A DNA stretch of 32,000 bases from NCBI GenBank assembly GCA_963704705.1, contig OY969931.1, positions 1,320,001 to 1,352,000 on the forward strand, written 5' to 3'. Source of the DNA: an uncultured bacterium (lineage in GTDB: Bacteria; Patescibacteriota; Gracilibacteria; UBA1369; PNNO01). Position 1 is the stretch's first letter. Each line of letters begins with the position of its first letter. The notes beneath the pieces are model-generated. The model saw only the letters and a list, made by a program, of their open reading frames with translations. It made no database searches and was not told the origin of the DNA. Below are positions 24,751-32,000 of the stretch, piece after piece. The position numbers were made by a program, and so were the translations under genes.

Positions 24751-27396
24751 ATGGCAAAAAATTTTTGTATCAAAAAATATTATCATCACAGAGCCAAGAC
24801 TCAACTTAAACAGTGGCTTTTTATAGGCCTGTTTGCGATTTTATTTTTGGGAATGTTTGCGACTTGTGATGCGCTGGCTGCTTCGTACGTTGATGTTAGC
24901 GGAGCATCAAAAAATTTATGTACATTAGGAGCCGGCGTTACATGTGATGCCGGGACTTTAGATTTTAGTGCTGATCCTCCGATTGATGCAAAACCAAAAG
25001 CTCAATTATATTCAACAGGAAAACCGGAAGATTTTGAACTTCGCGGATGGCTATGGGATACAAACCTTGGGTGGATAAGTTTATACTGCCCTGAATCAGG
25101 TTTGAATTTAGGAGTTTCATGCAGACCAAGCAAATCGACCGTGAAATATGGAGTTAAAGTAAACTTAAAAAAAGAAATTTTATATGGATGGGCATGGGGA
25201 GATAATATTGGATGGATAAGCTTCAACTGCAAAGGCGGAAGAAATGAAACATTAGTATGCGGAACAAAAGATTATGAAAGTAATTTGGAAATTGATGTAA
25301 CAAAAAATCTTGGTAACTTTAGCGGATATGCATGGGCTGACACTGTGGGCTGGTTTAATTTAAGCGGAATCAGCGGTAAGATTTTGGATATTGTTATGAC
25401 TGAAAATGCAAGTGAACAAAACTGGGGAGTTTGGACCAAAGGTGAAATTGAAAATAATACTGCTGAAGGAAAATTTCAAGAAACTCAAAACAGAAAATAT
25501 TTCCCTGTTGCAGACGGTAACAATGGATATGATTTATTTGTGCACGTTGCAACAATTACCGGAACTCCTGTTGTTGATGTTCCGGGGCAGGTTTCAGTGA
25601 ATATAACAACAACATGGAATGATAATGTAAGTTTGGATCAAACTGTTGCTGATACCGGTGCTCCGCCCGAAGGACGATACGCGAATGTAAATAAAGTGGG
25701 TGCGGCATGGAAACCAGGTATTCCGGGATCCGAACTTGTATATACTCCTGATTCAACAACAGGCGGTATTACAAATTCATATCATGGCGTTGCAACTTCG
25801 GTTGCGCCAACCGATGGCGGAAACTGTTGGGATGGCGATGGTGATGGCTCATGTTACACAGGCGATTCAAATTATTTCTATAAAAACTTTGGAACAGATA
25901 TTCCGGATCAAAAACTGGAATATGAAGGTGCGACAGTTACAGTAACTATTATTCCAACAGGTGAAGTATGGAGCACAACAATCCAACCGCTTGGATATGC
26001 GGGTGGAAAATTAATGGAATTTTTACCTTTGGTTGATATTCCGGTTTTGAATTTTATGCTTCCCGGCAATCCGCCGATAGCAGCGAATATAATCCAGGCA
26101 ACAAGAAACAAAGAAGATGTGTTCCATATACAAGGTGCTGTAAATGCAGCTTTTGGCGGCAATTATGACCTTTCTCTCGAACTTGAACAAGATAATCCTG
26201 ATGTATACTTTCAATTTATAAAGGATCTAAATACAGTGCCGGTAGCTGTAAAGCCTATCAAACCATTGAGATTTAAAAATAGTGTTCCATTTGGCGACTA
26301 TTATTCAATTCCATTTGTTCCGGACATTAAACTTGCAGAAGAAATAACCGGAGCAATGCTAAGATCGACAGTAAGATTACCGGATTTTGGAGTTAAATAT
26401 TTTAACAACGGACTTCCAAGAACCGACGAATCAGTAATCTTAAATCAATCAGCTGAAATAGTTAGCGGAAGCGTATTTTCGCCAGGAGCAAAAGAAGTGA
26501 GCACAGGAGCAGAAGTTCCTTTGTTTGGAGACACTGCGGTTTATGAATTGCGCACCCAAATTTTAGAAGATGTAAGCGGAATTATCCGTGGCATTACGCC
26601 TGCTGGATTAGGCGGTGACTTTACAATCGAAAACGGTATGAGTGCTAGTGTCTTGGACGATTATGCTTTGCAGGGCGGACGCGCTTACTACTTTAAAGAT
26701 CACGATGTTTATCTAGATAGTACGGATCCTTTAACTTCAGTGGTTAGCGACAGGCCAATCACTTTGATTGTCGATGGCGGAGATCTTTATATAAATACAA
26801 ATATAGATACCGGAGAAGCATTCGGCTTAATCGCGTTAAAATCACGAACTGATGACAGCGAAGCAACCGGTGGCGGCCACATTTATGTTCACAGCGATGT
26901 TACAGATATGGTTGATGTTAGCATTTTCTCAGACGGCCCAATGTTCAGATATACAGATGGAGTATGTTACTACTGGGGTGCAGATGGAAGCGGAAACGAT
27001 TCTTTGCGCGCACCTAATTTTGTTAATAATGTTGGATGGTGCAGCTCAGCAGGTACATATAAAGAACCGGTTTCATCATTGCCAAACCAATTCTATTTAC
27101 GCGGAAATGTTGCATCGTTAAACTGCATCGGATGTTCAGCCGGCACAAATCCAACTCGCGGAGATGGCAAACTTTTAGGCGGACCATCAGCGGAAAATTA
27201 TTCAGACGCACGTTTATATGATTTGAATTACTTTAGTTATTACCGAGAAAATGCATTATCTCCAGGTACTTTCTCAGGCGCTCAGTCTTATTCTGTTCAG
27301 GCAAATTCGACCATTTTGCCTGCAAAGAAAAACCTTCCGGTTTACTTTGAATATTCCCCTGCCCCAAGCGACTTGCTAGGGTTTAGGGTGTTTTAG
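24751..27396 (+). CDS. Large secreted surface protein with repeated GW-A/L-W...GWI motifs
   Basis: Signal peptide (LFIGLFAILFLGMFATCDALA). Repeated motifs GWLWDTNLGWISLYC, GWAWGDNIGWISFNC, GYAWADTVGWFNLSG. Confidence 0.8.
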   Translation: MAKNFCIKKYYHHRAKTQLKQWLFIGLFAILFLGMFATCDALAASYVDVSGASKNLCTLGAGVTCDAGTLDFSADPPIDAKPKAQLYSTGKPEDFELRGWLWDTNLGWISLYCPESGLNLGVSCRPSKSTVKYGVKVNLKKEILYGWAWGDNIGWISFNCKGGRNETLVCGTKDYESNLEIDVTKNLGNFSGYAWADTVGWFNLSGISGKILDIVMTENASEQNWGVWTKGEIENNTAEGKFQETQNRKYFPVADGNNGYDLFVHVATITGTPVVDVPGQVSVNITTTWNDNVSLDQTVADTGAPPEGRYANVNKVGAAWKPGIPGSELVYTPDSTTGGITNSYHGVATSVAPTDGGNCWDGDGDGSCYTGDSNYFYKNFGTDIPDQKLEYEGATVTVTIIPTGEVWSTTIQPLGYAGGKLMEFLPLVDIPVLNFMLPGNPPIAANIIQATRNKEDVFHIQGAVNAAFGGNYDLSLELEQDNPDVYFQFIKDLNTVPVAVKPIKPLRFKNSVPFGDYYSIPFVPDIKLAEEITGAMLRSTVRLPDFGVKYFNNGLPRTDESVILNQSAEIVSGSVFSPGAKEVSTGAEVPLFGDTAVYELRTQILEDVSGIIRGITPAGLGGDFTIENGMSASVLDDYALQGGRAYYFKDHDVYLDSTDPLTSVVSDRPITLIVDGGDLYINTNIDTGEAFGLIALKSRTDDSEATGGGHIYVHSDVTDMVDVSIFSDGPMFRYTDGVCYYWGADGSGNDSLRAPNFVNNVGWCSSAGTYKEPVSSLPNQFYLRGNVASLNCIGCSAGTNPTRGDGKLLGGPSAENYSDARLYDLNYFSYYRENALSPGTFSGAQSYSVQANSTILPAKKNLPVYFEYSPAPSDLLGFRVF

Positions 27397-27402
27397 ATTT
27401 GC

Positions 27403-27472
27403 TTACTTAGTATGTGGGGGGTTACTTAGTATGTGGGGGGTTACTTAGTATGTGGGGGGTTACTTAGTATGG
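27403..27472 (+). repeat. Tandem repeat of 19 nt (TTACTTAGTATGTGGGGGG), about 3.7 copies
   Basis: Identical units at 27403-27421, 27422-27440 and 27441-27459, then partial 27460-27472. Confidence 0.95.
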
Positions 27473-27527
27473 AAATATTTTAAAAAAATTTTAGAATTTT
27501 TTAATAATTGAGGATTATTATTGGTGC

Positions 27528-27950
27528 ATGAGAATTCCACCAATTTTAAAGAACATGGCCTATCACATTTATGATCGTGGCATTGCAAAAAGAGTAATTT
27601 TTAAAATGCCTACAGATTATTTCTTTTTTATGTTAAAAATTGAAAAATATAAATTGAAATATAATATCGATATAACCAAATATTGTTTAATGCCTAACCA
27701 TTTTCATTTTCTAATAAATGCAGGGTCAAAACCAAAAAAAATCTCAACATTTATGAAGTGCATAAAAACTTCATATGCTTATTTTTTTAACAAAAAATAC
27801 AAACAATCTGGGCATGTATTCCAAGGCACCTTCCATGCCAATCCAATAGTTTCAGTTAAACAAATGCATGATACAATCGAATATATTAAAAACAACCCAG
27901 TTAAAAAAGGCTTAATTGATAAAGCTGAAGATTGGCCATACTCAGGATAA
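27528..27950 (+). mobile_element. REP-associated tyrosine transposase-like protein (Y1/HUH, IS200-like; RAYT candidate)
   Basis: AYHIYDRGIAKRVIF (YHI..RG), HUH motif CLMPNHFHFLI, SYAYFFNKKYKQSGHVFQGTFHA, catalytic-Tyr helix MHDTIEYIKNNPVKKGLI, ending DWPYSG. Typical of Y1 RAYT-type proteins. Confidence 0.92.
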
Positions 27951-27972
27951 TTGTTTTTCTTGATAGATCATA

Positions 27973-28004
27973 GTTACTAAGTAACCTACCCCTTACTAAG
28001 TAAC
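27973..28004. repeat. Palindromic short repeat pair downstream of the RAYT
   Basis: GTTACTAAGTAAC(27973-27985) ctacccc TTACTAAGTAAC(27993-28004). Confidence 0.9.
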
Positions 28005-28061
28005 TCTTGGAGATAATTTCCCTTTCTGCTATATTAAAACTCCAAAATTTAACGCATTTAA

Positions 28062-29480
28062 TTGATGAAAGTTAATCCTAATATTTTTCGTGCATATGAT
28101 ATTAGAGGTATTGCACAAGCTACTGATAAATATCCAGATGTTGATCTTACTGAAGAAACAGCATATTTAATTGGAAAAGGAGCAGGAACATATATCCAAA
28201 AAATAACAAAGCCAAATGCCAATCTTGTTGTCGGCCGGGATAACCGTCTTCATTCACCAAAACTTCAACAAGCATTCATTAAAGGCTTGCTCGAAGTTGG
28301 CTGCGATGTTACAGACATCGACATTTCACCTTCTCCAATGCTCTATTATGCGGTTTGCAAATATGAGTTTGATGGGGGCGCGAACATTACGGCTTCACAC
28401 AATCCAAAAGAATACAATGGAATAAAATTGGTTAGTCGGAATGCACATTCTGTTTGTGGCGAAGATCTCCAGAAGGTTTTGAAAATTATTGAAGATGAAG
28501 ATTATGCAAAAGGCGCTGAAGGTGAATATAAAGAGTTGAAAATTTTTGATGTTTATAAAAATGATTTAGCTTCTAAAGTTAAAATCGAGAAACCCCTTAA
28601 GGTTGTTGTTGATGCGGGGAATGGTACTGCAGGTGCCTTTGCTCCCGATTTACTGCGAACTTTAGGATGCGAAGTTACTGAGCTTTACTGTGAACTTGAT
28701 GGCAATTTTCCGAATCACGAAGCCAATCCTGAAGAGTATGAAAACATGAAGGACCTGATTGCAAAAGTTAAAGAGGAGCATGCTGATTTGGGTTTGGGTT
28801 TTGATGGCGACGGTGATCGCGTTGGTGTTGTTGATGAAACCGGCCATCATTATTCTGCTGATTTTTTATTGATGCTGCTTGCGCGGGATTTGCTTACACG
28901 TCAGCCAGGAGCAAAAATAGTTTTTGATGTAAAAGTTACAACCTCTTTAATCGAAGATATAAAAAAGCATGGAGGAGAGCCGATAATGTGCAAAACCGGA
29001 CACTCTTTTATTGAAAGCAAAATGAAAGAAATTGGCGCGCCTTTAGCAGGAGAAGTAAGCGGGCATTTATTTTTTGCAGAAAATTATTATGGTTTTGATG
29101 ATGCATTTTTGGGCGCTGCAAAGTTGCTCGAAATTTTATCAAAAAGTTCTGTGCCCTTTTCACGATTATTTGACGATGTCCCAAAAACCTATGCGACACC
29201 TGAATTTAAAGCGCATACTCCGGACGATAAAAAATTTAAAATCGTGCGCGAACTCACTGATTATTTTACAAAAAATTACGATTGTATCACTTTAGACGGA
29301 GTTCGTGTAAATTTCACTGACCGTGCTTGGGGCGCTATTCGCTGCTCAAACACATCGCCAAATTTAACTTTAAGATTTGAAGCTGATAGCAAAGAGAAGC
29401 TTTGTGAAATTCAAAAAAATATGGTGGAACAATTGCGCAAATACCCTGAGGTAAGCCTTGATTGGTATAAAGAATGTTAA
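28062..29480 (+). CDS. Phosphomannomutase/phosphoglucomutase
   Basis: FRAYDIRGIAQ, GANITASHNPKEYNGIKL, GLGFDGDGDRVGVVDETG, GHSFIESKMKE, GEVSGHLFFAE, RFEADSKEKL. Confidence 0.96.
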   Translation: MMKVNPNIFRAYDIRGIAQATDKYPDVDLTEETAYLIGKGAGTYIQKITKPNANLVVGRDNRLHSPKLQQAFIKGLLEVGCDVTDIDISPSPMLYYAVCKYEFDGGANITASHNPKEYNGIKLVSRNAHSVCGEDLQKVLKIIEDEDYAKGAEGEYKELKIFDVYKNDLASKVKIEKPLKVVVDAGNGTAGAFAPDLLRTLGCEVTELYCELDGNFPNHEANPEEYENMKDLIAKVKEEHADLGLGFDGDGDRVGVVDETGHHYSADFLLMLLARDLLTRQPGAKIVFDVKVTTSLIEDIKKHGGEPIMCKTGHSFIESKMKEIGAPLAGEVSGHLFFAENYYGFDDAFLGAAKLLEILSKSSVPFSRLFDDVPKTYATPEFKAHTPDDKKFKIVRELTDYFTKNYDCITLDGVRVNFTDRAWGAIRCSNTSPNLTLRFEADSKEKLCEIQKNMVEQLRKYPEVSLDWYKEC

Positions 29481-29483
29481 TTC

Positions 29484-29535
29484 ATATACTAAGTAAGTAC
29501 CCCCTTACTTAGTATATACCCAGCTACTAAGTAAC
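29484..29535. repeat. Three palindromic short repeat units
   Basis: ATATACTAAGTAA(29484-29496)/TTACTTAGTATAT(29505-29517), 13-bp perfect arms, plus CTACTAAGTAAC(29524-29535). Confidence 0.9.
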
Positions 29536-29536
29536 T

Positions 29537-31156
29537 ATGCAACTAATTTACAAACACAAATACTGGCGTTTGCTTGAGATGGTTCCAGGGCTTCTTGCCT
29601 GGGGGGCGCTGCTTATACCTGTTGTTGTGGCGATTTATCACCCAATTTTAATTGCTGTTTTGGCTATTGTTTATGCGTTGCTTTGGCTTTTCAGATCAAT
29701 TCGATTGAGCATAAATTTGTATAGGGGTTATTGGAGAACTCAGGATGCAATGAAGGTGAACTGGAATTTTCTTCTCGATCTGGTTGAACATCCAGGAAAA
29801 ATCGACCAGGCGGTTAGTGAAACTGACCTTAGCAAGCCTCTTTTAAGGCCACAAAAAATCTTCAATCTTGAACTTAAAAATCTAAAAAACAGATTAACGT
29901 GGCTAAATCAAAATGACCAAGAGCTTAAGCCCTCACAGATTCACCATGCGATTTTAATAGTGACTTATAAAGAGTCGTATGAGCTGGTGAGGGAATCCGT
30001 TAAGTCATATGCGGAAAGTTTTTATCCTTATAAAAAAATGGTTTTGGTACTTGGAGGAGAGGAAGGCGACAAAGAAAATTTCGCGCAAATCTCAGAAAAA
30101 ATCGAGAAAGAATTCGGAGACAAATTCAGCGCAATAATTAAGACGGTACATCCAAAAGGCATGCCAGGAGAAATCCCTGGCAAAAGCGCAAATGCAACAT
30201 TTGCCGGTAAGGAATTAAAGCGATATCTCGACCACCATCACATCCCTTACGAGCATGTTATTTTATCAAATTTTGATGCTGACACTGTTGCGCATCCTGC
30301 TTATTTTAGTGAGCTTACTTTTAAATATTTGGTTACTAAAAATCGAACACAAAAAGCGTATCAGCCAACACACATGTTTCATAATAATATTTGGGATGTG
30401 CCTGTGATGATTCGTATGGTTGCTCTTTCTTGCACTTTCTGGCGCATGTCAGAGGCACTTGATAAACATAAATATAAAAGTTTTTCTTCGCGTTCAATGG
30501 GCTTTCAAACAGTTATTGATACAAATTATTGGGATCCTTCTATTATTCCTGAGGACTCGCGTCAGTTCTGGACAGCATTTTTGAAATACAACGGAAAGCA
30601 TACTGTTAGCTGGATTTATACGCCTGTTTATATGGATGCTGTTTTGTCAGATAGTTATCTTGAGACTTTTAAAAGTCAGTATGTGCAATTAAGGCGCTGG
30701 GCATGGGGTGTTATGGATTTCCCGTTCATGGCGATCAACTTGGCAAGACATCCAAAAATAAAACTCAGCGAAAAAATATATAGAATTTTTTACTTTTTAG
30801 AGAATGCGTTTTTCTGGGCAACCGGTCCTTTGATTATTATGTTCGCGGGTTGGCTTCCTTCTATGATGAACGCTGATTTCCGTAATTCGGTTCTTGCATA
30901 TAATTTACCAAATATAACCAGCCAGATTTTAACTGTTGCCGGAATAGGTATAATCATGTGCGGAATTATAAGTCTTGTGATCGTACCCCGTCAGGTAAAA
31001 CGCAGTCCGTGGGTACGAATTTCTCTATTTTTCCAGTGGCTTCTGGTGCCGATAACTTCAATTTTCCTTAGTGCGATTCCTGCTCTCGACGCTCAAACCC
31101 GCCTTCTTTTCGGCAAGCACCTCGAATACAAGGTTACGAAAAAAGCGAGGAAGTAA
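29537..31156 (+). CDS. Glycosyltransferase family 2-like membrane protein
   Basis: Two N-terminal TMs, HAILIVTYKESYELVRESVKSY, ILSNFDADTVAHPAYFSELT, QYVQLRRWAWGVMD (QxxRW), C-terminal TMs. Confidence 0.9.
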   Translation: MQLIYKHKYWRLLEMVPGLLAWGALLIPVVVAIYHPILIAVLAIVYALLWLFRSIRLSINLYRGYWRTQDAMKVNWNFLLDLVEHPGKIDQAVSETDLSKPLLRPQKIFNLELKNLKNRLTWLNQNDQELKPSQIHHAILIVTYKESYELVRESVKSYAESFYPYKKMVLVLGGEEGDKENFAQISEKIEKEFGDKFSAIIKTVHPKGMPGEIPGKSANATFAGKELKRYLDHHHIPYEHVILSNFDADTVAHPAYFSELTFKYLVTKNRTQKAYQPTHMFHNNIWDVPVMIRMVALSCTFWRMSEALDKHKYKSFSSRSMGFQTVIDTNYWDPSIIPEDSRQFWTAFLKYNGKHTVSWIYTPVYMDAVLSDSYLETFKSQYVQLRRWAWGVMDFPFMAINLARHPKIKLSEKIYRIFYFLENAFFWATGPLIIMFAGWLPSMMNADFRNSVLAYNLPNITSQILTVAGIGIIMCGIISLVIVPRQVKRSPWVRISLFFQWLLVPITSIFLSAIPALDAQTRLLFGKHLEYKVTKKARK

Positions 31157-31160
31157 TTTT

Positions 31161-31194
31161 ATATACTAAGTAACCCCCACCTTACTTAGTATAT
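31161..31194. repeat. Palindromic short repeat pair between convergent genes
   Basis: ATATACTAAGTAA(31161-31173) cccccacc TTACTTAGTATAT(31182-31194). Confidence 0.9.
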
Positions 31195-31700
31195 CAAGCA
31201 ATCATTTTCAGGCGCTCCACGCCTTTCCAGCTTTTTATGAGCTCGGCTACTTTTGGGTGCACATCGTCTTCCCACGACGCGTCGTCTTTGAGCATTTTTT
31301 CGCGCACGGAAGTTGCGCTTACACCCTCTACCATTTTAACGTCAGCAATTTTGTATTTACCGTAAACCTCGTAAAGCTGGCGCACAATCGGTGAGCCTGT
31401 GTAAACTTTATAAACCGGAGGAATATATTGATCAACGTGAGTCGTCCACAAAAAATAATTCATAACATTGCGAATCGGAATTATCACGTAGCGATCACGC
31501 GCGATTCTGCTTGCTTCAAGTGCGGCTTCGATCATCTGAAAACGTTCGCCGGCAGTAAAGGGATTCGCAAGTTCGTGATTTTCTTCTGCGCTCCCGATCA
31601 CAATTATCAAACGGTCTTCAACTTCCAGAGCGCGTTTAATCACGTCTAAATGTCCAAGATGAAAAGGCTGAAATCTACCTACAAAAAGCGCTTGTTTCAT
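31194..31700 (-). CDS. nadM: Nicotinamide-nucleotide adenylyltransferase (NadM-like)
   Basis: ALFVGRFQPFHLGHLDVIKRALE...LIIVIGSAEENHELANPFTAGER, nucleotidyltransferase HxGH and late SATSVREKM (ISxTxxR-like). Confidence 0.88.
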   Translation of the reverse strand: MKQALFVGRFQPFHLGHLDVIKRALEVEDRLIIVIGSAEENHELANPFTAGERFQMIEAALEASRIARDRYVIIPIRNVMNYFLWTTHVDQYIPPVYKVYTGSPIVRQLYEVYGKYKIADVKMVEGVSATSVREKMLKDDASWEDDVHPKVAELIKSWKGVERLKMIA

Positions 31701-32000
31701 GATTTCGGGATTATATAAGGGACGTCTAATTTATGTTTGTTTGCGCGCATACGTTTGAACAATGAACGCACTAATGAAGCGCTCATTCCTTTGCTTACAA
31801 GTTCTTCTTCTCCAAGGTCTGCCTGATATAAAATATTGTCGATTTCTTCATAATCCGCACCAAGCTCCTGTTCGTCTGTCTGTCCCTCAAAAAGTTCAGC
31901 TGATGGCGGCTTCTCGATTATTTCTTTTGGAAGCTGCAAAAATTCAGCAAGCTCACGTACCTCAGTTTTGTATAATGATCCTAATGGCAAAATGTCAGCT
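31697..32000 (-). CDS. nadE: NAD+ synthetase, C-terminal part, truncated by the right window edge
   Basis: PLGSLYKTEVRELAEFLQLPKEIIEKPPSAELFEGQTDEQELGADYEEIDNILY is the NadE C-terminal signature. Overlaps nadM by 4 nt. Confidence 0.93.
   Translation of the reverse strand, partial: ADILPLGSLYKTEVRELAEFLQLPKEIIEKPPSAELFEGQTDEQELGADYEEIDNILYQADLGEEELVSKGMSASLVRSLFKRMRANKHKLDVPYIIPKS

Noticed and set aside
27403-27472. CRISPR array
   Set aside because: The units are 19-nt tandem repeats without unique spacers, and no cas genes are visible.
27528-27950. Complete IS200/IS605 element
   Set aside because: No TnpB, and the flanks are the dispersed palindrome family, not a single pair of element ends. 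It fits RAYT better than an autonomous IS.
29484-31194. Repeats at 29484-29535 and 31161-31194 as intrinsic terminators
   Set aside because: The stems are followed by no T-run, and the spacer is a C run. Structure and recurrence fit the dispersed palindrome family better.
3673-31990. Alternative genetic code (UGA as Gly or Trp, as in Gracilibacteria/Absconditabacteria)
   Set aside because: Recognisable genes (pheS, pheT, topA, HU, efp) are full length under the standard bacterial code without internal UGA, so no recoding is needed.

Overview
The window is an AT-rich bacterial chromosome segment. Small genome style, the gene set and the large surface proteins suggest Patescibacteria/CPR, possibly Peregrinibacteria, but that placement is inference. 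The backbone is mostly housekeeping: efp, an ECF-like sigma factor with a membrane partner, a RdgB/HAM1 NTPase, GT4 and GT2 glycosyltransferases, two methyltransferases, a class A PBP, pheS and pheT with a thioredoxin-like lipoprotein gene between them, HU, topA, phosphomannomutase, nadM and partial nadE, plus a CHASE2 adenylate cyclase. Three things stand out. (1) A family of short odd palindromes (TTACTWAGTAA, CTTACCGAGTAAG, CTTGCTTAGCAAG) joined by C- or G-rich spacers occurs at eight intergenic sites. It brackets a Y1/HUH transposase-like gene (27528..27950), which looks like a divergent REP/RAYT system. (2) GC-rich genes (790..3573, 16034..16711, 20895..21104) sit in the AT-rich backbone; two encode secreted proteins with MYXO-CTERM-like tails, one with myxobacterial-type Cys-rich repeats. 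(3) Noncoding segments at 8691..8986 and 9057..9405, plus parts flanking the GC-rich genes, contain many long complementary helices with promoters and terminators. They match no RNA family I can recognise. No CRISPR array, rRNA or tRNA was recognised.
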